Program-made: the position numbers and the translations under genes
In this document: positions 49,296-59,432 of the stretch, in pieces
How positions within the stretch are numbered: the first letter of the stretch is position 1
How the letters are laid out: every line of letters begins with the position of its first letter
DNA from: Candidatus Sungiibacteriota bacterium
Lineage (GTDB): Bacteria > Patescibacteriota > Minisyncoccia > Sungbacterales > JACQCQ01
Assembly: GCA_016201505.1 (NCBI GenBank)
Contig: JACQCQ010000013.1
Span: 80,830 to 144,829 of the forward strand
DNA length: 64,000 bases
Direction: 5' to 3'
The notes under the pieces: model-generated
Told to the model about the DNA's origin: nothing
Databases searched by the model: none
Seen by the model: only the letters and a program-made list of their open reading frames with translations

Positions 49296-50735
49296 ATGAG
49301 GAAAACAACCCGTCGAGCCGTTTTTTATTTGTTTAGCGGGCTTTTTTTGATCACAACACCTTTGATCGTATTCTATGCCTTCGGTTATTCATTTGATTTC
49401 CAAAACGGTGTCGTGGTGCCTACCGGTGGCGTATTTGTGAAAGCCAACGTTGGCGCGATTCGCGTTTTGGCGAATGGAAAGCTCATGAAAGAAACAAATT
49501 TTTTAACTAAGGGCGCATTGATATCCGGCCTCTCGTCGGGCCATGTCGAAGTAGAGGTAGCGAAAGACGGATACATTCCTTGGAGAAAACCAGTCGGTAT
49601 CGAAGAGCAAGTTATTCAAGAATACCGCTCGATTCTTCTTGTACCCGAGGCCTTGCCGGCTGATCTCGTATACGGTACTACGAGCCAGGCGTCTTCAAGA
49701 CAGACTGTTTCTCTCGAGCTTTTGCCCGATCCAACGGGGAATTTCATTTTTTGGGCCGCAAAAAAAAGAAACTTAACCCGGCTACGCGTGATCAGTCGCG
49801 ATGGGGTTGAAACGCGGGCTCAAATCTCCCTGGAACCAGGCGAATCGTATCTTTCTGCCTCTTGGAATCCCAGCGGTAACGTAGTACTCGTTTCAACCAA
49901 CCGGCGTGGGCATACGATCTGGCGCGCTTTATCGGCTAATTCAAAATCCGTCCTACCGGTGTTTGATGAAAAAACTATTTTGCGTACGAGCACCTCAACC
50001 AGATCGGAAACCATCTCTGAAGCCTCGCTTAGCTTGATCACCTGGTCGCCGGCTGATATTGATGAATTTCTTGTGCTGGCAAACGGCGCGATTTACCGCT
50101 GGAATTTAAGCTCCGGGCTAGTCAAAAAAATTATTTCGAGTGCCAGATCGTTTGCCCGATTTAATGGAAATATCCTCTATTCAACTCAAAGCGGATTTAT
50201 TGCCACTGCCGATCTATCCGGCGAACATATAGAATCGCTGGATCATCCGGGTCTTTACGTTGCAAAAAGTCCGCTCCGCTATTTTCAAAATAAAGACGGC
50301 GTTTTGGCTTTGATCGACTCTGCCGGGGGACTTTATCTAGAAAACCCGAGCACAAGAAAATTCTCCCCCCTGACAACCGAGATCCATGAAGCTGAATTTT
50401 CCTCCAACACCGCCGAACTTGGCTACACCCAATCCGGCACATTCTCAACCATTGCTCTCGCTGATGAGACAACCCAGCCGTTCCGCAGAATGTACACCAA
50501 GTCGGCCATATTCACGACTGACGAAATTCTCCATTTTATATGGCTCGGCAATCCAGCAGCTCATATTGTCTATACGACCGCGCGGGGCGTATTTCTGGCG
50601 GAAACCGATCCGCGTCCGGGCGCAAATATCGTGCCGCTCCGCCGCGGAGACTACCAGATTGTCGAATCTCCCAACGACCCAAACAGTTTTTATTTCTCGG
50701 ACGGAGAAATTATTGAACGACTGACGATACGATAA
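49296..50735 (+). CDS. PEGA-like domain membrane-anchored protein
   Basis: N-terminal TM, TGGVFV..VAKDGYIPW.K. Confidence 0.7.
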   Translation: MRKTTRRAVFYLFSGLFLITTPLIVFYAFGYSFDFQNGVVVPTGGVFVKANVGAIRVLANGKLMKETNFLTKGALISGLSSGHVEVEVAKDGYIPWRKPVGIEEQVIQEYRSILLVPEALPADLVYGTTSQASSRQTVSLELLPDPTGNFIFWAAKKRNLTRLRVISRDGVETRAQISLEPGESYLSASWNPSGNVVLVSTNRRGHTIWRALSANSKSVLPVFDEKTILRTSTSTRSETISEASLSLITWSPADIDEFLVLANGAIYRWNLSSGLVKKIISSARSFARFNGNILYSTQSGFIATADLSGEHIESLDHPGLYVAKSPLRYFQNKDGVLALIDSAGGLYLENPSTRKFSPLTTEIHEAEFSSNTAELGYTQSGTFSTIALADETTQPFRRMYTKSAIFTTDEILHFIWLGNPAAHIVYTTARGVFLAETDPRPGANIVPLRRGDYQIVESPNDPNSFYFSDGEIIERLTIR

Positions 50736-50758
50736 GGTCATCCGATAACATGAAAAGT

Positions 50759-50806
50759 CCTAAAAAACATTCTCAAGTTCTTAAGAACTTGAGAATGTTT
50801 TTTAGG
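50759..50806. repeat. Perfect 48-bp palindrome, family P4, solo
   Basis: CCTAAAAAACATTCTCAAGTTCTT|AAGAACTTGAGAATGTTTTTTAGG. Confidence 0.95.
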
Positions 50807-50822
50807 TTTCGTCTCCAGATGA

Positions 50823-51776
50823 CTACGGAAAGAATCTGCGATAGGGAGCCGAAATGATAGAACCGAATGTGGCGAGAAAGACCACCGCGACAACGAGCCA
50901 GCCGATAAAAGGAATAATTTTAAGAATTTGATAGAGCAGGACACCGATGACGATGGTTTGCCAGGAGATGTGACTCTCGCCTTTTTTATACCACAAAGAG
51001 ACATACCGGCCGAGTAAAATCGCCGCCACCGCCGATGAGACCACGATAGTTACGATATAAAGCAGAAGCCCGATCACGCCAATTGGTATGCCGATAATGG
51101 TGACAAAGGCAACGACAACCAGAATTGGAATACCAATCAAGCCAAGAAGTCCGCGAAGAATTTCTTTGCCAAAATTCGTCTCGGCCGCATGCACCACCTG
51201 CGATACCCAGGGGCCAAAGAAGTACCAAACAAGAAAGGCTAAAACAATGCCCATCAACGTTTTCATCACCCACCAAAAGCCAATAACGCCGAGGAGTCCC
51301 CCCGCGTGATTCTCGCCCGGTTTACGCGTATATTGTTTTACTGTTCCATGAACGACGCCCTGATTTTGAATATCACCGCCCGCCAGCAATAAATCCCCGC
51401 CGATGACAGCCCCCGGCAAAATTTTTACTCTCCCACCGGCCGCCAAAACATCGCCTTTCACTTGGCCCGCAATCGTCACCTCACCGCCCGCCACCCGCAG
51501 GCTATCGCCGACATTGCCCGAAATATTAATCGTCCCGCCGGCCAGCATGGCGCTTTTAGCGACATTCCCATTTACATTTACATTCCCGCCGGCCGCCGTC
51601 AGATCGCCGTTTATGTTGCCTTCAATGTTCAATGTCCCGCCGGCAATATAGAGATTGCTGTTGACTGATGCGCCTTTAGGCAGTAAATACTGATCGCCCG
51701 AATAAAATTCAGCGGCGAGCGAGACAAGCGGCACCAAAAGACCGAGGGCCGAAATGAGAATTAAGAGTTTTTTCAT
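50823..51776 (-). CDS. Beta-helix (bactofilin-like) repeat membrane protein
   Basis: AGG.V.I.G.V.GD repeats followed by TM helices. Confidence 0.75.
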   Translation of the reverse strand: MKKLLILISALGLLVPLVSLAAEFYSGDQYLLPKGASVNSNLYIAGGTLNIEGNINGDLTAAGGNVNVNGNVAKSAMLAGGTINISGNVGDSLRVAGGEVTIAGQVKGDVLAAGGRVKILPGAVIGGDLLLAGGDIQNQGVVHGTVKQYTRKPGENHAGGLLGVIGFWWVMKTLMGIVLAFLVWYFFGPWVSQVVHAAETNFGKEILRGLLGLIGIPILVVVAFVTIIGIPIGVIGLLLYIVTIVVSSAVAAILLGRYVSLWYKKGESHISWQTIVIGVLLYQILKIIPFIGWLVVAVVFLATFGSIISAPYRRFFP

Positions 51777-51850
51777 ATCAATTTCAACATACCATTTCTT
51801 TACCTTTCGTCCCACTTTGGGTGATAAATAATCCTGGTTTGATTTGCCGA

Positions 51851-52699
51851 TCAAAAACTACGCGCGGGCTGCTGGATTTGGGATTCTGCCCTAAACGCCC
51901 GATGAGCGCTTACCGAAGAATTTATTTGTTCGGGTCTCGCCTGCTTGATAATGACAGCCTGTCCTGTCGGGAGCCGAATGACTGGTTCATGATACCTGCG
52001 GCTGAACTCTTCAACGGCTTTATAGGCCCCGGGCCAGGACATAAATCCATAATCATCACAGACCATTACTCCGCCCGCTACGAGGCGAGGGTAGAAGTAT
52101 GCGAAAGCCGCCAGGGTGGGTTGGTAGAGATCCAAATCGACATGCACAAACAGATACTGCCTCTCGGGGACGTGCGCAAAGCTATCCGGTATCCAACCTT
52201 TATGGTACTCAATAAAATCGAAATCCTTCAGACTTTCTCGGACATCCTCTAGCGAATAGGCCATGCGGCCGCCGTCACTGCCGATTTTACTTGCGGGTAA
52301 TGATTTTTCGATGTCAAACTCGCTCGTAACATCTTCTTTCGTTCTAGCAGAGAGTCCTTGGAAGGAGTCGAACGCGTATATCTTATGCCTCCCGCCTTTT
52401 AGCACCGAACATAATTGAAATAGGGTAGTACCTCTGGCAATTCCCGCCTCCACAAAGTTCTGTTCCGGGTAGTTATGAAACCTCTGGCTGACATACGATG
52501 CGAGTTGAATCAAAGTATAGTTACGCACTTTGCTGGGGAAAAAATCTCCCTTATGAGTGGCTTTCAACGAATCTTGATATATCTCGTGGAACTTCTGGTC
52601 GTTTAACCAAAGATACCGCGGCTGATTGTTGAGACTCTGGGCGAGACGCATGACTTCATAGCCAAAATAGTTCGCAATTCGCCTGATTATTTTTCTCAT
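51851..52699 (-). CDS. TylF/MycF-family O-methyltransferase
   Basis: EAGIARG, FDSFQG, HVDLDLY, DDYG. Confidence 0.88.
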   Translation of the reverse strand: MRKIIRRIANYFGYEVMRLAQSLNNQPRYLWLNDQKFHEIYQDSLKATHKGDFFPSKVRNYTLIQLASYVSQRFHNYPEQNFVEAGIARGTTLFQLCSVLKGGRHKIYAFDSFQGLSARTKEDVTSEFDIEKSLPASKIGSDGGRMAYSLEDVRESLKDFDFIEYHKGWIPDSFAHVPERQYLFVHVDLDLYQPTLAAFAYFYPRLVAGGVMVCDDYGFMSWPGAYKAVEEFSRRYHEPVIRLPTGQAVIIKQARPEQINSSVSAHRAFRAESQIQQPARSF

Positions 52700-52726
52700 A
52701 ATGTTTTAAGACCATTATGAGCTGGC

Positions 52727-54055
52727 TCAGTTATTATCAAAATTTGACGCGGGGAAGTTCTCTCCATGATCCATCTCATCTTGAGACTGGGCCGAAGATC
52801 CCCCGCTCGATGTATTAAGCTGCTCGGCGGGAGACGTCAGTGGAACGAGACCCGTTGCCTGAACGCAGGCTATGATTTTCCCCTTCATGTCGGCTGTTGG
52901 TTGGAACGCGCCCTTGGCGTATTGATTGACAGCATCCGCGCCAAAAAGCTTAGAGATGCAGGCGAGTGGATTAAAATCAATTTTTTGCGGCATCATGCCA
53001 TGAGAACTCTCAGACCCTCCATACATATTTTTATTCTTTTCGGCCGATACTTTTTGAAAACAATCGCCGACTTTATGCCCCAGCTCGGAGTCTTTCATAA
53101 CCTGACCTGTTTCTACTTCACCCAGTTCATCCGGGGAGAGCGAATCCTTAAGGCAAGCCATTACATCGGACGGCAATTGAAACTTGGAAGAACCGCCTCG
53201 GCCCATGGGGCTCTCATGCATCATGTTGTGTTGTTCTTTTGAAAAATTCGCGCAGGTCGCCTTGTTTTCCGGCTGACTGCAAAATTGATGACATGACTCT
53301 GGCGAGTCGCATCCCCCCGGCCCCTTCATGTCTTCACTCCTAAAGTTCTTCTCCTCTTCATCCGTGATGAGTCCGGCTTTTTTGGCAAACTGGATGCATT
53401 CATCTTGATGCGCGGGGTCCTGGCAGTATGGCATGCACTCCTCTTTTGACTTGCAGCCGCCTGGAGTTTCGCCCGTCTTTATCAATTCAATAAACTTCTT
53501 GGCGCGCTGAATCTCGCTTGCATCCATTAAGCCATTCTGTTCGGCAAATGAGAGACACGCGTCCGCATGTGCCGGATCGTTGCAATACGCGCGGCAGGCG
53601 GTCTCCCCCCGGCAGCCGCCCGGCCCAATTCTTTGCGCGTCGAGTTTTGATTTGAACTTTTCAATTTTCTGAATTTCGTCCTGGCCGATTAGATTGTGCG
53701 CTTTCGCAAACGCCAAACACTCATCGCGATGTCCGGCATCAGAACAATATGCCCCGCAGGCTGATTTTGAAGTGCACCCGCCAGGTCCGCCATTTTTTAT
53801 CGCTTCCTCGATCTTCGACTGATTATCGGTTCTTCTGGGTGCGAGTCCATGAGACTCGGCATAACTTTGGCAGGCTTCGGCATTAGCCGCGACGTCGCAA
53901 AACGCTTTGCATTCGGCCATCGAGCCGCAATTGCCCAATTCGGCAATCGGAAACTTTATATCAAACGGATTAGCCGATAAGGCAAAATGCGAAAACAAAA
54001 CAGCTCCGATAATGATGAGGCATGTAAGCAGCGCCGGATGGCGGAAAGAAGTCAT
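52727..54055 (-). CDS. Secreted cysteine-rich repeat protein
   Basis: Five (GP)GGC-x5-C-x3-C-x7/8-C repeats. Confidence 0.75.
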   Translation of the reverse strand: MTSFRHPALLTCLIIIGAVLFSHFALSANPFDIKFPIAELGNCGSMAECKAFCDVAANAEACQSYAESHGLAPRRTDNQSKIEEAIKNGGPGGCTSKSACGAYCSDAGHRDECLAFAKAHNLIGQDEIQKIEKFKSKLDAQRIGPGGCRGETACRAYCNDPAHADACLSFAEQNGLMDASEIQRAKKFIELIKTGETPGGCKSKEECMPYCQDPAHQDECIQFAKKAGLITDEEEKNFRSEDMKGPGGCDSPESCHQFCSQPENKATCANFSKEQHNMMHESPMGRGGSSKFQLPSDVMACLKDSLSPDELGEVETGQVMKDSELGHKVGDCFQKVSAEKNKNMYGGSESSHGMMPQKIDFNPLACISKLFGADAVNQYAKGAFQPTADMKGKIIACVQATGLVPLTSPAEQLNTSSGGSSAQSQDEMDHGENFPASNFDNN

Positions 54056-54056
54056 A

Positions 54057-54311
54057 TTACTTTCCAAAGGGATTCTTATATGAATCTTGGAATGGATTCA
54101 CTGTTTTTTCATAGGGATTGGTCGCCGGAACTTTGTTGCCGATTGAGGAGGAGGCGCGAATGTTTATTCTGATGTTCTCGTTGGGAGTTGCTCTCGCAGC
54201 CGGCCCTTGATTAAAGATGCTCTCCTTCCAGTCCGGCCCCAAAGTTTTATATATGAAAAAAGCGGCAGCCAAAATGACGATAACGGTGATTAGGGCAATC
54301 ATGTATTTCAT
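54057..54311 (-). CDS. Small membrane-anchored hypothetical protein
   Basis: N-terminal TM, NPY/NPF repeats at C-terminus. Confidence 0.65.
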
Positions 54312-54438
54312 AGACACTCTCTATTATAGATCCTGCAAAAAAGCCGTAAATACGCCTTTATAAACAATCACTTTTTAGACGTCTCAAATTTTTATTCTAA
54401 CTTTCTTAAGAACTTGAGAATGTTATTTTTACGCTGGT

Positions 54439-54897
54439 CTAAATTTTCTGCCAGCCGATGACGGGATGAAGTTCCCACCAGTTATGAAAGGTATCAAACC
54501 GGACAATGCCCCAGATTTTGATGCGATCGCCGGCTGTGGGTAGCGGCAAGTTTTTAATTTCAGGAATAAATTCAGTAACAAGCAACGACTCGTCCGGTGC
54601 CTTGATTACGACATGAAAGTCTCCGTCGGGTTGCGGGGCGATGATATTGACGACGCCCTCGACTGTAACTTTTGTCTTCTTGCTGCCGTGCGTAATGAAG
54701 GTGGCAAGATCAGTATCGTAATAGAGCAGGTCATCATCCTCCGTTTCACCTTGCTGGACAGAATAAGAAAGGGTTCGTTCTACAATTTTGGGAATTAAAG
54801 CCCGTGGATTTAATGTTTGGGATCGAATATAAAAACCAAACCCGATGCCCGCGCCCAAGACAACCAGAAACTTTACCGCCCAAAGCCATCGCGTCAT
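54439..54897 (-). CDS. Membrane-anchored OB-fold-like hypothetical protein
   Basis: DGDFH, WWELHPV motifs; flanked by P4 half-sites. Confidence 0.65.
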   Translation of the reverse strand: MTRWLWAVKFLVVLGAGIGFGFYIRSQTLNPRALIPKIVERTLSYSVQQGETEDDDLLYYDTDLATFITHGSKKTKVTVEGVVNIIAPQPDGDFHVVIKAPDESLLVTEFIPEIKNLPLPTAGDRIKIWGIVRFDTFHNWWELHPVIGWQKI

Positions 54898-55033
54898 AAA
54901 CTTAGTTTAACCGTTCTCTGTTGACTATAGAAGGCTGACTGGGGAAACAGAATCAGTTCCGACAACATTCTCAAGTTCTTACTCTACCCCAGAAAAAACC
55001 GCCCGCGGGCGGTTTTTTTCTGCCTCATGCAAA

Positions 55034-55122
55034 GCGGGGAAATTTTTCTTCATCGGGCTGGCGGTGGGATCATTTACGCCCGAAGGGCTATCGAAATAAA
55101 GGCGCGAAGAAAAATTTCCTGC
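55034..55122. ncRNA. Unknown structured motif, copy 2 (3' of rpsI)
   Basis: Same core as 48063 closed by a different 14-bp stem. Confidence 0.45.
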
Positions 55123-55125
55123 GAG

Positions 55126-55692
55126 CTATCGTTTTTGCCACTGCGGGGCGCGACGGGCTTTTTTAAGTCCAAACTTTTTGCGCTCTACTTCTCGTGCATC
55201 GCGGGTTAGGAAGCCTGCCCGTTTTAGTCTTTTTCTAAATTCTGGATTGAATACTGTGAGTGCTCTCGAAATGCCAAGCCGAATGGCTTCGGCTTGGGAG
55301 TGAATGCCGCCACCATTAACTTTGGCCGAAACGCGAAAGCGGCCTTCAGAGCGCATCTTTTTCATCGGGTCATCAACCAGCCGCTGGAGTTCCATGGTGG
55401 GAAAATATTCCTTATAGGGCCGCTGGTTTACGACCGTCACTAAATCGCCCTTGGTATATAAACGCACGCGGGCGACCGCCGTTTTTCTGCGGCCGACAGC
55501 TTCAAAATAGCGATCGGTTTTGGGAATAACAAATTGAAAATCGGCCTCCGATTCTTTTTCGGGCTCCCCTACCATAGCCATTTTTGGACTATGGATGGCG
55601 ACTTCCTGCTTCTTGACTTTGGCGCGAGTCGTCGGCGCTTTCTCCTTTTTTGGTTTTTCCTCTCCGCCTTTGGCGGATTTCTTCGTCGGCAT
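55126..55692 (-). CDS. rpsI: 30S ribosomal protein S9
   Basis: GRRKTAVARV, ERKKFGLKKARRAPQWQKR. Confidence 0.97.
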   Translation of the reverse strand: MPTKKSAKGGEEKPKKEKAPTTRAKVKKQEVAIHSPKMAMVGEPEKESEADFQFVIPKTDRYFEAVGRRKTAVARVRLYTKGDLVTVVNQRPYKEYFPTMELQRLVDDPMKKMRSEGRFRVSAKVNGGGIHSQAEAIRLGISRALTVFNPEFRKRLKRAGFLTRDAREVERKKFGLKKARRAPQWQKR

Positions 55693-55716
55693 AGCCTAAT
55701 TCTTAATTCATTATTC

Positions 55717-56073
55717 CTAATTCTCGCTTCCTCGATGCATCACTAAATGCCTGATCCGAATCGCGCGGAGTTTGTTTTTCGGCAGCATGCCCATCACGGC
55801 ATGCTCCAAAACTTTCCGCGAGTCTTTAGCAAATAAATCTTTATAAACAGTTTCTTTCAGTCCTCCATGAAAGCCGGAATGATGACGATAGAGTTTTTGA
55901 TCCGCCTTCTTTCCGGTGACGCGAAGCTTATCGGTATTGGTGACTACAACTTTGGTCTCACCGGGTTTCGCATAATCAAATGCGGCGCCGCTTTTGCCCA
56001 TTAAGTGTTTGGCAACTAGAACGGCCAGCCGTCCGACAACCTTATTTGCTGCATCTAATTTCACCTCCTTCAT
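55717..56073 (-). CDS. rplM: 50S ribosomal protein L13
   Basis: DA..VVGRLA, YRHHSG..GG, GMLPKN. Confidence 0.96.
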   Translation of the reverse strand: MKEVKLDAANKVVGRLAVLVAKHLMGKSGAAFDYAKPGETKVVVTNTDKLRVTGKKADQKLYRHHSGFHGGLKETVYKDLFAKDSRKVLEHAVMGMLPKNKLRAIRIRHLVMHRGSEN

Positions 56074-56103
56074 AATTCCTCATTCATTATTCCTAATTCA
56101 CGG

Positions 56104-56451
56104 CTACACAAACTCAATAATGGCGAGTCTGGCCGCATCTGACTTGCGAACACCTAATTTCATAATCCGGGTGTATCCTCCATTTCGATCCTTATAATTC
56201 GGCGCGATTTTTTCAATCAAGATTCCCGCAATTTTCGGCGAAGTCGCGGAAATAATTTGCCGGCGTTTGGCGAGTGTCCCGGCTTTGGCTTTTGTCACCA
56301 ATTTTTCTACCGCTGGACGCAGTTCTTTGGCACGGGCTTCGGTCGTCTGGATGCGGCGGCGCAACACCAAAGCCGAGACGAGTGATTTCATAAACGCCTT
56401 TCTTTGATCCGTCTTGCGGCCGAATATTCTGCCCCTGCGTCTGTGCTGCAT
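56104..56451 (-). CDS. rplQ: 50S ribosomal protein L17
   Basis: IQTTEARAKE, RNGGYTRI. Confidence 0.97.
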   Translation of the reverse strand: MQHRRRGRIFGRKTDQRKAFMKSLVSALVLRRRIQTTEARAKELRPAVEKLVTKAKAGTLAKRRQIISATSPKIAGILIEKIAPNYKDRNGGYTRIMKLGVRKSDAARLAIIEFV

Positions 56452-56590
56452 ACAAGCTAAATTCTAAATTCGAAACTCGAAATACGAAACAAATTCTAAA
56501 TTCAAAAGATTGAAATTCAAGACGTGCTTCATAATTTTGAATTTGGTCATTTGAATTTGTTTAGGATTTAGGATTTCGTGCTTAGGATTT
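56449..56590. repeat. 142-bp heptamer-hairpin spacer, copy A
   Basis: 140/142 identical to 58903..59044. Confidence 0.9.
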
Positions 56591-57535
56591 TAGGCTTAAG
56601 CCTAATTTCGCAAGCATCGCTCTAATTTCTTCAATACCCTTGTCGCCAATGCCCTCGAATTCCCGAAGTTTTTCTTCAGTCTTTTTGGCCAGCGCGCCGG
56701 CAGTCTTAATACCAGCCTCCGCCAGCGCATTTAACGTTCGGCTCGAGAAATCCATATCGACTATTTTCAGCTTGGCCAGATCTTGAGTCCCGTCTTCGGC
56801 GGTTTCAGCTATAGATTCTGCCGTATGGGCGCGTGAGCCCATTTCCGGGCGCGTCTCGTAGTTTGCCAGAAGCGACTTAAATTGGTCAACTAGGATGCTG
56901 GTCGCGCCCGCCAAAGCTTCCTGGGGGGTAAGGCTGCCATCGGTTTCGATATGTAAGCGGAGGCGGTTATAGTCGGTTTGGTCTCCCACGCGCATGTTCT
57001 CCACTTCATAATTTACATGCCGCACGGGAGAAAATGCCGCATCCAGAGCAATCGTTCCAATTTCGACTTTATCTTTAGAACGCTGTTCAACCGGCTGATA
57101 GCCGAGACCGCGCGAGACTTCAAGCTCCATTTCGAGCGTGGCTTTTTTGTCGGTAATCGTGGCGATATGCAGATCGGGCGAGACGATTTCCAATTGCGAA
57201 GGGCATTTTAAGTCTTTGGCTTTTACCTCCTTCTCGCCTTTAACCGAAAGTGAGGCGGCATACGGCCCGTCGCCGTGAATCTTAAAGCGCAGCCGCTTTA
57301 AATTGAGAATAATTTCGACGATGTCTTCTAAAACGCCGTCAATCGAAGTAAATTCATGTCCGACACCTTTAATTTTGACGGAGGTGACTGCCGCTCCTTC
57401 CAGTGAAGAAAGCATAACGCGGCGCAGGCTGTTCCCGATGGTGAGACCGTATCCCGGATAAAGATTCTCGATCTCATAGGTGCCGCGGTTTCCTTCTTCT
57501 TGAATGACGCGCGCCTCGCTGGGTGATGGAATCAT
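56582..57535 (-). CDS. rpoA: RNA polymerase alpha subunit
   Basis: GYGLTIGNSLRR, HEF..IDGVLED. Confidence 0.97.
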   Translation of the reverse strand: MIPSPSEARVIQEEGNRGTYEIENLYPGYGLTIGNSLRRVMLSSLEGAAVTSVKIKGVGHEFTSIDGVLEDIVEIILNLKRLRFKIHGDGPYAASLSVKGEKEVKAKDLKCPSQLEIVSPDLHIATITDKKATLEMELEVSRGLGYQPVEQRSKDKVEIGTIALDAAFSPVRHVNYEVENMRVGDQTDYNRLRLHIETDGSLTPQEALAGATSILVDQFKSLLANYETRPEMGSRAHTAESIAETAEDGTQDLAKLKIVDMDFSSRTLNALAEAGIKTAGALAKKTEEKLREFEGIGDKGIEEIRAMLAKLGLSLKS

Positions 57536-57607
57536 ACTCTGGCTGGTACACTTCGCGGATAAACGTTCTGTGGCAGTTCACCCAACTCTTGCACCAGCTT
57601 GGACTCA

Positions 57608-58228
57608 TTATTTTGAATAAAACTCAACGACAAGTCTTAAATTCCTGCCGACACCTTCTTCTTTCGGCAGATCGTTTACAGTCGCCGCACACGCTTCGGG
57701 GTCGAGACTGATCCAAGCCGGCGGATTATATTTTTTGAGGGCATTGGCCAGTCCTTCAAAGCCTTGGCCTGCAAGTGACTGCGGGCGAATGGAAATAACA
57801 TCTCCCTTGCGTACGCGGTATGAAGGAATATTGACGCGGCGGCCATTGACCAGCACATGCCCATGCGAGACAATGTGCCGCGCGATACCGCGCGAGACGG
57901 TAAACCCCGCACGATAAACCACGTTATCAAGACGTCGCTCTAAAATCTGCATCAAGACCTCGCCGGTTTTTCCTGCCTTCTGCTGGGCCTCGGTAAAAAC
58001 TTTTTCGAGAGCCGTGTCCGTCAGCCCATAGGTGTATCTCATTTTTTGTTTTTCCATCAATTGTGTGCCGAATTCGGAGACGTTTCGTTTCGGCCGCTTG
58101 CCGTGCATGCCGGGCCGTGTGCCGCGGCGAAGAGAGGCGCATTTGGGCCCCATACAGCGTTCCCCTTTCATAAACATCTTCTCGCCATAGCGGCGACAGA
58201 CTTTACATTTTGCTTGGATGCGTGACAT
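57608..58228 (-). CDS. rpsD: 30S ribosomal protein S4
   Basis: CKVCRR, LERRLDNVVYR. Confidence 0.97.
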   Translation of the reverse strand: MSRIQAKCKVCRRYGEKMFMKGERCMGPKCASLRRGTRPGMHGKRPKRNVSEFGTQLMEKQKMRYTYGLTDTALEKVFTEAQQKAGKTGEVLMQILERRLDNVVYRAGFTVSRGIARHIVSHGHVLVNGRRVNIPSYRVRKGDVISIRPQSLAGQGFEGLANALKKYNPPAWISLDPEACAATVNDLPKEEGVGRNLRLVVEFYSK

Positions 58229-58293
58229 GCCTATTTTGTCGAAATTATTGAGTGAGTGAAGCGAACGAAAAGAATTTCGTTACAAAACTGAGC

Positions 58294-58392
58294 ACCCCGT
58301 TAGATACTATGCGAACAGACATAGCGCTTACTTTAGAATTTGGGTTGCAATCGGGGTTTTTGGTCTTTTTCATACTCATTATCTAACGGGGT
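58294..58392. mobile_element. CCCGTTAG-TIR miniature element
   Basis: ACCCCGTTAGAT...ATCTAACGGGGT. Confidence 0.65.
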
Positions 58393-58449
58393 AAAGGTTT
58401 TGTTATAAAAATTGATTTCGCTTGGCTCATGAATTTTTAACAAAGCCCT

Positions 58450-58905
58450 TTAAACTCTCCTCACTTTTTTCGGCCGAACGCCATTATGCGGTACCGGTGT
58501 AATATCTTTAATCATCATGATATTGAGCCCGTGATTGGCGAGAGCCCTCACCGCCGAATCTCTACCCGAGCCAATACCTTTCACCAGTACAGCGACATCT
58601 TCCAGTCCGGTTTTTTTTACTTTCTCTACCACGGTTTCGGCGACCCGAGCCGCGGCAAAGGGGGTGGCTTTTTTGGCCCCCTTAAACCCCAGCGCGCCAG
58701 CCGAAGACCAGGCCATAACGTTTCCCTTGTCGTCACTGATCGAAATCATAGTGTTATTGTAGGTGGCTTGGACATGCGCCACACCCCGGACAACGTGTCG
58801 CCCCGAAGCCCCCGCCTCTTTCATCTTGGAAACTTTAGACTCGAGCTCCTCACGCTCTTTTAAAGCCTCCTCGGCGCCTTGTTTTGCTACGCGTTTTTTT
58901 CCCAT
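58450..58905 (-). CDS. rpsK: 30S ribosomal protein S11
   Basis: ATYNNT, TPFAA, DITPVPHNG. Confidence 0.97.
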   Translation of the reverse strand: MGKKRVAKQGAEEALKEREELESKVSKMKEAGASGRHVVRGVAHVQATYNNTMISISDDKGNVMAWSSAGALGFKGAKKATPFAAARVAETVVEKVKKTGLEDVAVLVKGIGSGRDSAVRALANHGLNIMMIKDITPVPHNGVRPKKVRRV

Positions 58906-59044
58906 ACAAGCTAAATTCTAAATTCGAAACTCGAAATACGAAACAAATTCTAAATTCAAAAGATTGAAATTCAAGACGTGCTTCATAATTTTGAATTTGG
59001 TCATTTGAATTTGTTTAGAGTTTAGGATTTCGTGCTTAGGATTT
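58903..59044. repeat. 142-bp heptamer-hairpin spacer, copy B
   Basis: 140/142 identical to 56449..56590. Confidence 0.9.
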
Positions 59045-59432
59045 ATGTCGGTGAGGCCGCTGATTTTCTGCCGGAGCCCATCGTCTTTCGCACATTGCCG
59101 CGGCGCGTTCGTGAATTCGTTTTTGTCCGCTGGCCGTTGACTGGCAGGCCGCGCATATGGCGCAGGCCGCGATAGGTTGAGATGTCTTTAAGTCTTTTAA
59201 TGTTCATCATAATCTCGCGGCGCAAATCTCCTTCAATTTTGTAACTCTTTTCAATTGCGTCTCGCAGCCGCCCGATTTCATCTTGCGTGAGGCTATCACT
59301 CTTTTTACTCGGGCTCACATTGGCAACTTTTAAAACCTGCTTGGCGTTTGTGGCACCAATGCCATAAATATATCTCAAAGCGACATCAACTCTTTTTTTA
59401 TCTGGAATGGCAATACCCGCAATGCGAACCAT
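59043..59432 (-). CDS. rpsM: 30S ribosomal protein S13
   Basis: MVRIAG, YRGLRH..GLPVNGQRTKTN. Confidence 0.97.
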   Translation of the reverse strand: MVRIAGIAIPDKKRVDVALRYIYGIGATNAKQVLKVANVSPSKKSDSLTQDEIGRLRDAIEKSYKIEGDLRREIMMNIKRLKDISTYRGLRHMRGLPVNGQRTKTNSRTRRGNVRKTMGSGRKSAASPT

